Source: Camelus dromedarius
Lineage: Eukaryota
DNA length: 64,000 nucleotides
Reading direction: 5' to 3'
Assembly (NCBI RefSeq): GCF_036321535.1
Contig: NC_087436.1
Coordinates: forward strand, 66,900,001 to 66,964,000
Made by a program: the position numbers and the translations under genes. Shown in pieces: positions 40,408 through 52,920 of this stretch (position 1 is its first letter; the number at the start of each line of letters is the position of its first letter). Below the pieces are notes generated by a model. The model was not told the DNA's origin. It ran no database searches and saw only the letters and a list, made by a program, of their open reading frames with translations.

Positions 40408-40429
40408 TGTGTGTGTGTGTGTGTGTGTG
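40408..40429. repeat. (TG)n microsatellite
   Basis: Directly visible. Confidence 0.95.
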
Positions 40430-41383
40430 ATCTCCATTCAGTATGAGGGTGGGTCTACGGAAAGGAAGGAAGCTAGACCATTGGGTGACAGTGTAGCTTA
40501 AATGCTCCATGAGCTCAGAGTTCTTCCCCACACCAAGAAGTGCTTCCTTCCCTAACAGAAGATGGTAAGACTGAAACTTTACCTGTATGCTTTATTTCAA
40601 ACTGCATCAGGGTCAGTGCCTTAGGCAATTCATACAGTATTAAGATCCAAAAAACTTTAAAATCAGAAATATCTAACTATTTTATTCAACCTCAGTGTAG
40701 CACTAATGAAGCCATAGAGTTATTGCAAGTCAAGAGGTGGCACCCAGCTTTCTGAATTTAGCCGTACAGTCTTAGATTTGCTATGTTTGGTTGCAGCTCT
40801 CCAGGGTGATGACTGTGGGCTTTTTTAGAACTTCTCCCTCCCGTCTACATCTCATACACATACACGCATGAATATTCTTTTGATCCTACTTTCCTGAGCC
40901 TTGAAATAAACTGTATCTTAGCTCTCCTTTCCAGAGTAACTCTTATCAAACATCTAAGTTTCAGTGCTCTAAGATAAAAAGGTCATTGTTTAAGCATGAA
41001 GATCAGCTAAAGAACAGATATCCTATCACCTTCTCAGGTGAAAGATACAGCTAATTATGAGTGTTCCGTAATATTCTATCTCTGAAATAAAATCATAATA
41101 TTCCTAGACAACTTTTAATTGTCTGTGTATATTTTAAACCACCGTATGCTTCTTATTTTCAATCTGATACTGTACCATAGTTTTTTCAGTGAAAACCAAT
41201 GAAAAGAAAATATCTTAGCATTCAGTTAATTGGTCTTATTTTAATACTAAATTTATGATACACATTTAGGAAACAGCAGTGGAGATGAAAGGAATAAGCA
41301 GTGGCAGAATGTCATGGTTTCTGGGAAGTCTGTGTTTGGTACAACCAGGAGAGACAAGAAAGACGGTAACATTCCCTGGTTTC

Positions 41384-41481
41384 ATCCTCTCCTCCCCTCC
41401 CCATCCTCCTGCCCACCCCTCCCTCCTCCTTCCTCCTTTACTCCACCTTTCTTCTTCCCTTCCTCCTCCACTCTTCCTCCT
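41384..41481. repeat. CCT-rich polypyrimidine low-complexity tract
   Basis: Almost pure C/T run. Confidence 0.85.
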
Positions 41482-44400
41482 AATTTAGTAAAGAGAAAAT
41501 ATCTTTCTAAAAACATTTCTTCATGAGAGAAAGTGATAAGGTAGAAACAGAATGAAATAGGAAGACTCACTGGAGTAGCTGAATGTGAAAAAAAAATGCA
41601 AGTAAGGAACTTTATCTTAAAGTACCTTGAAAATGATTCCTTAATGATTAAAATGCACAATGTAGCCCACTTGCAGGTAATACGTCCCATTTAACAAGTA
41701 AAATGCAAAGTATGGCTCACTTACAAGTAAAATAATTCAAGACATTTATATTCCCTAAATGCTCTAAATCAATAGGTTTAAAGTAGTTTTAATGGAGTAT
41801 CATACAATTTAAAAGACTATTATAGTATTGTTTTGGAGATTTCTCATGAAACTATCTGCTTGAGAAGGTAAATGAAACTGTCAATACATCAGTTCTTTAA
41901 CTGTTTCTTATTAAGCACCAAGGTTTAAACAGGACTAAAAAATTTACAATTTCATGAGATTTGAAGAAGAGAAGTTTGTTTCTCAGAACAGCATTTGTTA
42001 CTATTTGTATTCATGCTTTCCAATCTTTGCTTCCCTGTTTTTATCTATCACACTCACAAGAACTTACTTTTTAACTTAAGTTGATTTTTGAAGTTTTAAG
42101 TATATTTTACTTTTTAATACAAATGTGTATTTTACTTACTAGGGGTTTGTCTTAGTGTTTCGTTTGTTTCTTTTTTGTTTTTGGTTTACTTTTTTCTTTG
42201 AGTTTTGTTTCTCTATGCAGTCAGAATTCTGGTTTTATAGTTTCATAATACTACTTCAATATTTATGTCCAAAGTCAGATTACATTTCCAAATATTATTT
42301 CTATATTATAAAATCAACAAATTAGAACAGGCTTTTTAAAATCATGTTATATATATTCCATGTTAGAAATATAACTCTCCAAAATAATGAATATAATTTC
42401 TGCTTTTTATTTCAACTTCCTTCCTAACTCTGTTAAAGTAATTTTTGAATTAATAAAATCATTGCAATTGAAGCACATATTGATATGAAAGGATCTGAAT
42501 ATGCTTATTTCTCTGTCCTTTTTTCTGGTACTGTAGCTAAACATATCTTTAGAAATAACCTGTGATTCTAGTGAAGATGTTAATGAATTCTATATTGCAA
42601 AATAACTATAAAGTGTGAATCATTTTTCATGAGTCAGATATGATCCCTTTATAGAGCTCTGAAGAAAATAAGTTTTTAAGGAGTGAAGGAAGAACATAAC
42701 TTAATTATGCAATAAGGGTAACTATGAAACTTAGTTCTATACCTTGAAATATGTTTTCTGTTTGATTTTACTGACTGGTGGTGAATTTCTCATGTTCCTC
42801 TTTAAATCTCATCCCTAAATAATGATGTTGCTTTCAGGGTCAAGTCAAGAGTACAAAGGATGGCTTTCATCTTCAGAAGGTTTTCTCCCAAAACCATTCT
42901 GCAATTAGTTTTCAAGAATATACTTACAGATACAATAATTTATTTATTTACAACAATGTCATTATACTTACTTGAGTTATTTTATCACTTTAATATATCA
43001 CTCGACTTTCATTGCAGGCATTTTAGAGGTAAACATACTCACTAGAAACAAAATTAAGTCTCAACATTTAAACCACATCAAATAGCTTCCAAGCACGAAT
43101 CATCCCTGGCATATGTGAAATAAAGGGAAAAAATTTAGACAGTGCAAGAGTCATGCTTATCAATTTCTTTCACCTTTAATAATATAATGAAATATATACT
43201 AACTAAAAACCTAGTGGCTATAAACCTAGTTCTCTGACAGAGTTTCTCTCAGCTTATATACATGGAGGATGGCAAGCATGTGTGTGTAAGGAAATAGAAA
43301 GTAAAATAAAAAGAGTGTCTCTTTTATTCTCACTTATTATTTGAATACTAATAGTTATCACAACAATTCTGTAAAGTGGATTTAAATATATTTCAAAACC
43401 TTTGAAATTACCAAGACACACTCATACTCTTAAAGTTTCATAGTAAGAAAATAATTAGAAATACAGTTAAATATTTGTTCAAATGAAAATTTATCAAAAC
43501 ATTATTCCACAGAGAAGAGGTAGTAGTCTAAATGCCCAGGAATAGGTAAGTTGTTAAATATATTGCTAATATATACAGACCCAGGAATATCATGTAGCCA
43601 CTAAAAATCATTTTCTCAGAGCGTACTGAGAGCCACGGCAGGATGCTCCAGTAATGCTCCAGAGATACCAACTGTTTCTGGGAAAATCCATCACCAACTG
43701 CCATTTCCTATAAAGCCCTCGAAAATTCACATGGATTCCTTGGCATCTCACCTTCAGTTTAAGATCAGAGTTAGGAAAATTCTAATACTTACAATCCCAG
43801 GTTTTACTGAACAGTGTTTCCCTTCCAGAGACGAGGTGAAGAGGCTGGTACAGGAGTGTAACTCGGGTAAACACTATCCCACAAAAAAGGAAGATCTAAA
43901 TTGGGAAGAGATCATTGAGAGCCGTAGAATAGGATACATCCAGGAAAACAATATGTAGAACTGGGCAACTTTAGGAGAGAAAAAACAACATAAAGCACGT
44001 ACAAACTGCAGCAAGTGAGATCAGAGTGAGACGCTCAACAGGAACCACCATAAAATGAATTCTTTCCCAGTGAAATTTAGCAGGCCCTATTTTACAGCAT
44101 CTTTACTGTTCAACACCTTGGATGGTCAGAAATGTAAATGTCTGGACTCCTCCCAAACTGAGTATCCCTTCATGTGCCTTTTCCTCTTGCTGCCCAAACC
44201 CTAGCCCTCGGCAACTTCACGACACAGAAATCATCTAGTCTCTCCACGTATTACCTCCATAGCATGGAGAGCTTAGCTTATCTGAGTACCCTACAATGCA
44301 GCCAAACTATCTATTAGAAAGTATCTATTCAGGGTCTCAGAGTTCTTCCCCTAACACGCTCTGCAAAGGGATGGAAGAATTATATCTAGCATGATAATGG

Positions 44401-45989
44401 TTTATTTTCTCACATACATTATGCCACTTCTCCTTCCCTTCACCCTATAAAGGAAAACAATCAGTCTTTCAGCAGACATAGTTCTAAATATCTAACACTA
44501 TCAATAACCAGACAGCAACCTCACCACCACTATCCTCAGATAATGAGTACTATATTAGAAATTATTATATAAAATTAACCAAGGGCATGACATTTTCCAA
44601 TTTTGGTCTAAACTTCTGCTTTCTAGAAACACCCCCATGGCAGAGCTCTCCATCCAAGAGGAGAAAATGGTGAAGTATAAGAAGAAGACAAGCACAAAGT
44701 GTGTGGAATGTGGGATGTGTGATTATCATTCACCCAAAGAGATACAGTCTTTATCATCATCTCTCTCAATTCTGATCCACTCACTAGGCTAAGTGCTGTC
44801 CCTAAATTATGCACGCACTGAGTGTAAACCATAAAATGAGGAATTAAAATGTCTTGTTACTTACCATAGACTTTGACATAATTCCTTTATTTTCTACTAT
44901 CAATTGTCACTTATTCAGTAACTTTATTCACTTGGGAGATTTCTCACCCTGGACACATAGGAAAAGTTCGTGAAGTTAAGACAGGCAGGCATTTGGAGTA
45001 GCACCATTGGGAGTTCAGGCTTTGACTTCATACTTGATGCAAATGTTCAGTCCCTTGCCACCTCGCTCCAAGTCCATCAGTTTGAATGACATTCTCTCTC
45101 CACACTGAGACAGACAAATTTATACACCACAGAAACAGGAAAAGAAATCCTGTTTTTCTTGAACATGTATAAATCCTTCTACCACTGCTGCTAATAAAAT
45201 GTTTGCATGTGCATTTTATTTCCAATCAAAGAAATATTTGCTAAAATCATATCTGAAGGTAAGATTTATTTTTATAATTATTATTATTTTATTCACTGAA
45301 CATAAACTTAGGTTTAATTTACTATCACTATAGTTTTAATCTATTTCCTTAAGAGTAAATTTTATATTAACTGAATATATATGGCTTTTCAAAATTTATA
45401 TGCGAATTCCTATTTTAAAAATACCATGCTTATCTATTGAACCTCAGTATTTGCAAGGTGTCTTTTTAAATTAATACATTTAGCTATGCTCATTCATGTG
45501 ATAATTAGGCAGTTCACTTCAAAGGCTTTTATAAATCAGTGACAATTACGTCATTTTCATGAGATTAAAAAATCTGCTAGATCATGGGTATATGACAGTA
45601 GCATGTGAAGTAAGGGAATACGCATCTTGCGGCTCATAAGGGATTGATGTGGTGTTTAGAGACTACGTCAGAAAAAGTCTTTCCATGATCAGTTAACTTA
45701 CATTATTATAATTTAAGCCTGGTTTATTTGTTATTCTTCTGCTTGAAAGCTTTAAGCACATTCTGCATATATACCATTATTTATATTTTATTTTGAAATA
45801 GACCAGATTATTTACAAAGTAGGCTTCATTTTAGACAAACACATTATATTACACATGAAGAAATACAATTAACTACTGAGACTCTAAAGTATTAGTAGAA
45901 ATCCAGCCACAATTTCTGAAAATCAGTTTGAAGAAAAAAGGTCAAAGGGAAAGTACGTACTTAACATCAAAACTGAAGTTCCTTTACAA

Positions 45990-46155
45990 AATCCTGTCAC
46001 ATTCCTCTCACACTAGATTGAGATGTTACCAATGACACTAGAAATGATCTCCAGGAACTCAGGAATCTTTTGTTCTTTGTTCACCTTGTATCTCTTGTAG
46101 TAGAATATCTAGTACTTATTTGCCCTCAGTTAATATTTATTGAATAATTAAATAC
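45990..46155 (+). mobile_element. L2 3' end fragment
   Basis: CACTAGATTG, TTGTTCTTTGTTCAC-TTGTATCTC and CTCAGTTAATATTTATTGAAT resemble an L2 3' terminus. Confidence 0.55.
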
Positions 46156-46406
46156 ATGTTAATTATAAATAATTCTATTATACAAAAATGGGTTATTTCT
46201 TGAGATATGGCTATATATCAATCAACCTATATATAAGTATATATATATTTAATTTCTAACTCTAAATCATCTCTTTATCTCTGTCTAACTGTACACCCTT
46301 CCCAAATGGGTAAATTTTGGGGGATTAACTAAGAGTTTCTCCTATAACACTCTTCTTAACATAACTCCACCCCCACATCCAGCTGCTTTTTGTAATACAG
46401 ACATAC

Positions 46407-46645
46407 CTCATGTAACAAGCAGACTTGTTACTTTCAAACCTTTACACTCAGAAAAATGATGGCTGTGGTTATTTTCTCCTCACTGTCTCCCATAGAAGGG
46501 TCAGTAACAGATACTACTGGTGGAGGAGAAGACTGGAAAGGCACAGGTAAATCAGGGGACTCAGAGCTCAGCCTCTCACTGCTATCATCAGGGGCAGGAG
46601 CCGGGGTCAGGGGCAGTTCATCTTTAAAAAACCAGTAGGGTGGGT
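46407..46645 (-). other. Candidate spliced exon of an unidentified minus-strand gene, possibly encoding an alternative Pro/Ser-rich C-terminus
   Basis: Branch-like CTGAC, pyrimidine tract and first downstream AG at 46647-46646. GC-richer island with an open phase-1 frame to TGA 46436-46434. Donor GAG|GTATGT after 46407. Confidence 0.45.
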
Positions 46646-48781
46646 CTAGATAGTCCCAGTTGGCAGAGAGAGACAGAAATGCAGGTCAGATGACTGTTCT
46701 ACCCACACATGCTCTGCATGACCTGAGCCACTCATATATGGTTGGTGCAGAATGTTGACAGCAATTACGTAGCACAAACTTGTAAAGACTTCCCTTATGT
46801 AAAGAATGTACATAAATTAAAGTTTTATTTAGATAAAGATTTAACTGTTTTCAATGAAAAGTTTGTTATGTTGCTTGACTTTTTTTTTTTTTTTTTTAAA
46901 GGGAGACAGAAAGGACACATTAGAAAACAGGTCTTTGAGGTTTACCAAGAAATAAATACATGGCTAATATTTAGTGTCAAGACTCAGGCAATAATTTGGC
47001 AACAAAATAAAGAAAATATGAGAGAAGAAGTATAAAAGTACCCTTAATGCTGGCTTTTACTCATTCTAGCATGTTTCCTGAGCCTATAATTATGGTTTCT
47101 TATGTGGAGAATTCAATTGGTTTAAAACCAGTCTAAGAGTTTATTTTTGGAAATAATCAAATACTATACTAACTTGATCCTCAATCAGACCTTAAACTAG
47201 AAAATGCAGCTGAATGTAGGAAACAATTATTTTATTTGGTGCTTTGAAATGTTAACTTAAGAGAGAAATTTCTATATAAAGCATACTTTCATCATTGGCA
47301 GATATAGTATTTTCCTCAGACTTCAAAAAATTTTTCAAAGATCATTCAAAAATTCTTATGGGGATTCTTTAACTACAAAATAACTAAATAAGCAGTTCAG
47401 CATGAGAATGTAGAATTTCTACTGTTTCATCTCATTAGTTATGTTCTCAGTGTTCTTCCCAGGTATGACTGAATAATTAGAAGACAGAAAGGAAGTATTT
47501 GTATATAGAACTGTAGGTAATGGGGTGGACGACAGATACACAAGCCATTTCATGGCTGTGGCAGTGTATGTAGCTTAAGTAAAGCATCAATGTGAGATAT
47601 ATGAATGTTGGAACAAATGAGTTGGAATTACATTTAGAACTGTTTTGCTATTTATTACTGATGCTTCATTATATTTTCAAAATATTTCCTAATTATAAAA
47701 TTAGGAACATAGGTCCTCTTATTGTTCATTGACTTTGTTTTCCCCATATTTGATAAAAAGAATCTTCAGCTCTGTTGGATCAATATATCAGTGCCTAATA
47801 ATTCCAGTCAGTGTGATTCAAATTCGACCATTTCCATTTTTTCAAGAGTTGATTTTCAGCCAACTTGTGTCAATTAAGAAAAGTAAAATGATAAATTCTG
47901 CTTTTTCTGAGCATATCAATTTCAAACTAATACAAGCAGTACTTAGTATTATTGAGTTAGCCTATCAGTGCAGACACATACAGACCTCAAAGTGCTAAAA
48001 ACAATTCTTCAGTGATTCTCATTTAAAGAGCAAGTAACTTAGGCAAGTGCCAAATACTGTTTGTGCAACAAAGATTAGAAAACTCCTTTGCTCATTTAAA
48101 CACTTAACCCTCCTCTATTAATATCTGAAAAAAACATCCTGAAGAATATATAGTTGATGGTAAATGTGTATAAAGTACTAAGCCTGAAAATAATTCAAAG
48201 ATTTCATTTTCAAGAAGAGACAGAGATCATTTTAACAGTCCTAAAACTTGAATAAAGTTCAAAAGAAAAAAAACTAAACCTCTTAGTATTTATTATTTTT
48301 TAAAATTTCTATTACCTTTATTTATACAAATATAAAGCTAAAAATAAAATTATCAGCTTATAATTGCTATATTGATAAAACTAAACACCTTCACAAAGTC
48401 AATACAAACGAAACTACAGAACCAATAAAATTGCTAATACTAATTAATGTGAGATTATGATATTTAGCTGCAAGTAAAATGCTGTTTGACTACGCTCTGT
48501 CATTACAGGGGGAACTTACTGAGTTCAACACAAAGTGATGATTCAATCCTCTTGAAACTATCCTACATTTAAACTGCTATGAAACTTTTATTCATACAAT
48601 GAGCATTATTTTCATTTGGATTTTGCTTGGTCATGTTAACAAATTACCTGTTACTGAATAATTAATATTTAAGTAAATTAAATTGGAATGAAAGGTTACT
48701 TGGAAAAAAGGGCATGAGTAGAACTAAAGAAAATGAATATTCTGCCAGTACTCAGATTTAGAACATACTTATATTACTTTT

Positions 48782-49120
48782 GGCTATGGTCTGAATGTTT
48801 GTGCCCCTTCCCCCAATTCATGTGTTGAAATCCTAATCCCTAAAGATGATGGTATTTGTAAGTGGAGCCTTTGGGAGGTACTTAAACCATGACAATGGAG
48901 CCCTCATTAATGGAATTAATGTCTTATAAAAAGAGAATCCTGAGGAATCCCTAGTCCTTTCAACCATGTGAGCACAGAGAGAAATCGGTAGTCTGCATTT
49001 GGAAGACTGCCAGTGTCATCATCCTGGACGTCCCAGCTTCCAGAACTGTGAGAACTGTGTTGCTTATAAGCCACACACAGTCTCTGCTGTTTTCTTACAG
49101 CAGCCCAAAAGGACTAAGAG
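48782..49120 (+). mobile_element. MaLR LTR (MLT1A-like)
   Basis: Starts GCTATGGTCTGAATGTTTGTG, contains GTTGAAATCCTAATCCC and CCAGCTTCCAGAACTGTGAG, and ends GCAGCCC...GACTAAGA. Confidence 0.85.
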
Positions 49121-52100
49121 GCTTTAAAAAAAGGTTTTTTTGCAGTAATCAAAAAAAATATATAAACATCCTAATAAAGATCTTTAGGGAGCAGAAGAAT
49201 ATTTCCAGGAAACCCATTCTGCAAAGTATCGTACTAAGCCAATCTATCACATCAAAAAATTAACTATGGAGACTGTAGTAAGTACAGTGACTTATCCACA
49301 GTCATCTATTCTTGTCAGAGAACATCTCTGAATACCATGAACTATCTTTGTCTTCATTGATCAATCTGGGATATTTGAAACTTAAACTGGTAGCTTTCTT
49401 TTGATAGGTTCATAGAGATTATGTAGACTAAAGGTTTAAAAATGTATCAGCCATAGGAATATCTTTAATTCTTTCCTAGCAGTAGGCTAAAAGTTTATAC
49501 AGGGTTTTGAGTTAGAAATCTCTTCAATGCATTTTGCTGCTTTAAATGAAATATATGCTAGAAATAGTTAATTTATTGACATACTATTTCATAGCAATTA
49601 GTGTAAGGTTTCTAAATGTCAAAGTCATAAGATAAATGTTCATAAGATAAATGTTTCAGTTTTAACAAAGTATTTTTTGTAATTCCTTACACTTAGACAT
49701 TTAATGTGGGCGTGTATATGGGTGTGAGTAGATGACAGTATTTTAAAACCAGGGCTTGGGCTGCACTAAACATCTCCAAATTCATTTAGGAAAAATAAAT
49801 ATAAAAAAAAAATCCTCGATGTGTTCTGAAAGACAGAATAGGTTAACAGATTGAAGCCAACATTGTTAATGTGGTAACTTAGGCATGTGTAGAAATTTCC
49901 ACGAGACAAACAATCTATAATGAAGTTTTCGGACGCCACAATTCTATTCTTAGAGTAAGGCAGGGGAGTAGGTATTTTTAACTATACTTTGTATAACTTT
50001 CCATTGTAAATTTTAGACTCAAACTAAATTAGATGGAAGATTATGCATTAGATAAGCAAAACTGGACATTTCATATTCATAAAATATTTTCTCTTATTTT
50101 TCTCTTCCTCTGGAGGACAAAGACTAAATTATTATTGTTTGAATATCAGAAATGACTGGCAATTGGGAAAAAAAGAGAGGAAAACAGTCTCAAAGATTTT
50201 CCTAAGCATACCCTATGGGAGGAGAAAAGAGAATTTGTTTATGGATAAATTATCAAAAAGCAATAAACTGAGGTATCTTATTGCAGCTGAAATTTTCTGA
50301 TAACTAGTCTCCAGATCAGTGAAGTTTACAGAGATATCTTTGAAAGTAACTTGTGTAGTCCCTGGGGAAAGAGGAAAAGTTAAAACTGCATTCCAACATC
50401 TCTTGCAACTGGCCTGCAGCTGTGCTGTTTGTGGGTAATCTTAATAATCTGATTTCTGAAAAAAATAAGAAATGGAGAAATTTAACAATTTCCCTATATT
50501 TACTGAAAATTTAGTCTGAAGTGGTGTCGAATGAAGGAAAACGATGACTGAGGCTTGTGCTAGATGACTTTATTTTGATTCTACAACTTTGAGTTACATA
50601 ATAAATTATCATTTTTATGTCACCTTCACCACTACCTCCACTCCTTCCTTCTATCTTTATCTCCTTCACATAAGAGGAGGGGAAATACAGGAACTAAAAT
50701 TGAGACAAGATGTTCTTCCTTTGTTTTTCATTCTACAAAGAATGTCCTAAGAAACTGTTAGTCAACAGACATATATTCTTATATGTAAATGTACACACAC
50801 ATTCATTAAATTCATTTAAAAAATATGTTTCAGGTATAAGCCAGTCATTGTTCTATGTGCTGCTGATATACAAAGTTCCTGGTCTCAGGGAGTTTATATT
50901 CCACTGAGAGAGAGGAAATGAATTAATTTTACAAATATAAGGGAAAATATATTTTAAAGATCAATATTTAAGGAGAAACTATTGCCACTAAATATATTAT
51001 TAAAGCTTTCTCTATAAGATACAGAGAAAATGAATTAAAAGGAAAAAAAATCCTACAATAAGCAACAATAATTATGTTCCTTGTCTTGAAAGTTTATGTC
51101 CTCCTACAGAAGAGGACATTAATCTTTAATCTTACTGTTTTTCTAGATATCTTCAGAATATTTAAAGTACACGAACTAATGTATGTATCACCAATATAAT
51201 TCAGTGAAATTAAACATGACAATAGTTTATCAAGGTTTTGTTATAAGAACAACAATTTGCAATCGATAAAGACCCAGCAGAATAAAAGCCTGATTACAGT
51301 GATGAATAATGCATATTGCCTATGGTACTAATTAACCTTGTACTCCAGTAAGATATTATAGAACAATAAGGCTAATTTGAATGTGGTCCAGCACTTTTCC
51401 CTATGGCCTGTGGTTATCACCCTTCAGAACACATAAAATTTTATTTTGTAAAATGAGAAAGATATATGTTATTGTTTTTACATAAAATAATAAAAAATGA
51501 AATTATATTTTAATATCATGCATTTTCTAAAAAAGTTAAATAGATATAGCATATAATGTATATCATATATAAAATGCCAAGTAAAAATAAAATGTTCTAT
51601 GTATAAATAAACATAATGTTTACTTATGCAGTAAGTTATATACATAGTAATAATACATATTAATTTGGCAAAATATTCAGCTAAAATGTCAATATATGTT
51701 CAAGCCAACTGGATTCAGTAAGTCCCTATAGTTTATACCCGATCCTTCAATTAGTGTAGCTAGGAATTTTCCTCTTCCTCTTAAAATGATAAAATGAATT
51801 AAATGGACAAGGTATAACTAAAATCTGTAATGGGAATATTTTCTTCAAAAATAAACTCCTATGAATTTATTCAAAATATAACACTTCATTGTTTTGTGAT
51901 TAAGTCACTGTTGAATGGGCAGTCATAATGATGCCTGAGAAGAGAGAAATTATCTTCAACTGAAAATGCCAATCTTTAATGTTTTAATTATATTATTTAC
52001 ATTATTATTTAGGTGTATTTTAAAATTAAAAGATAATATTTCAAATCCATATTTCAAAAAATCTCTTGCAAAAGCATGATGATAGAGAAAAGATTTTTAG

Positions 52101-52649
52101 ATTTTTGGGTGGCATGATACAGCTCCCCTACTCCCTCCAAAAATGCTCGAAAGTGGCATAGCATACCTTAACACATACCTCTTCTCTGCTGCGCATTTAA
52201 AAGGAGGGGAAACAAGAGAAACTGAGGGTGGGCAAAACCTGAATATCTAGTAGAAGAGGGTTTCTACTTCCTTTTGTATCAATGTACTTTTGAATGAAAA
52301 TACTGCTATCTTAGTTCATAACAATGTATGTTTATTTTTAGACAGAGTTTGCATATATGTAAATGTTATTCTTGATGGAAATCCTTTGTATTTGAACTAT
52401 TCTCTTTTGAGAAAAAAGTATCAAGTGTTGATGTGTTCTTGAGATTTTTAATCAAAAGAACATCTATGAGAATATTGTTAGGAAGTCTATTCAAATATTT
52501 ATGTATCATTCATACAATGATTACATATATGATCTTTTCTTTTTTTAACTGGTATCTCTTGATGGAAAAAAATCAAGGAAAATTTCGAAGAGAGGATACA
52601 ATCAACGCTTGTGAAGCACACATAGTGTGCTGGTCTCTCCACCACCATG

Positions 52650-52920
52650 TGGTAAATGAAGGTAGGAGCAGAGACTCTAGAGCAAGCGGCCTGGGCTTTC
52701 ATTCAGCTCTGCCCTAAACTGACCGTTGTCCTCATTATGTAAACTCTCTGTGTTGGCTTGTTTTTCTGTAAAACTCAAAAATCACATATGATTCATAGGG
52801 TTTTTGTGTGTGTGTCTGCCTTTGAGGATCAAATTATTTAACAAATATATAGTGTTTAGCAGAGTGTGTGGCACACAGAACCTGCTACAGAAGTGCTGGC
52901 CACGGTATCATTATTATTAC
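52650..52920 (+). mobile_element. MIR SINE
   Basis: GAGCAGAGACTCTAGAGC, CCTGGG...GCTCTGCC, CTGTAAAA, CATAGGG, TGAGGAT and TGGCACA. Confidence 0.75.

Noticed and set aside
43829..43958. Plus-strand exon-like stretch (CCCTTCCAG|AGACGAGG..., RDEVKRLVQEC...)
   Set aside because: Decent acceptor but weak donor, no recognisable protein and no partner exons.
49625..49654. Exact 15-bp tandem duplication TCATAAGATAAATGT
   Set aside because: Ordinary slippage duplication with no sign of function.
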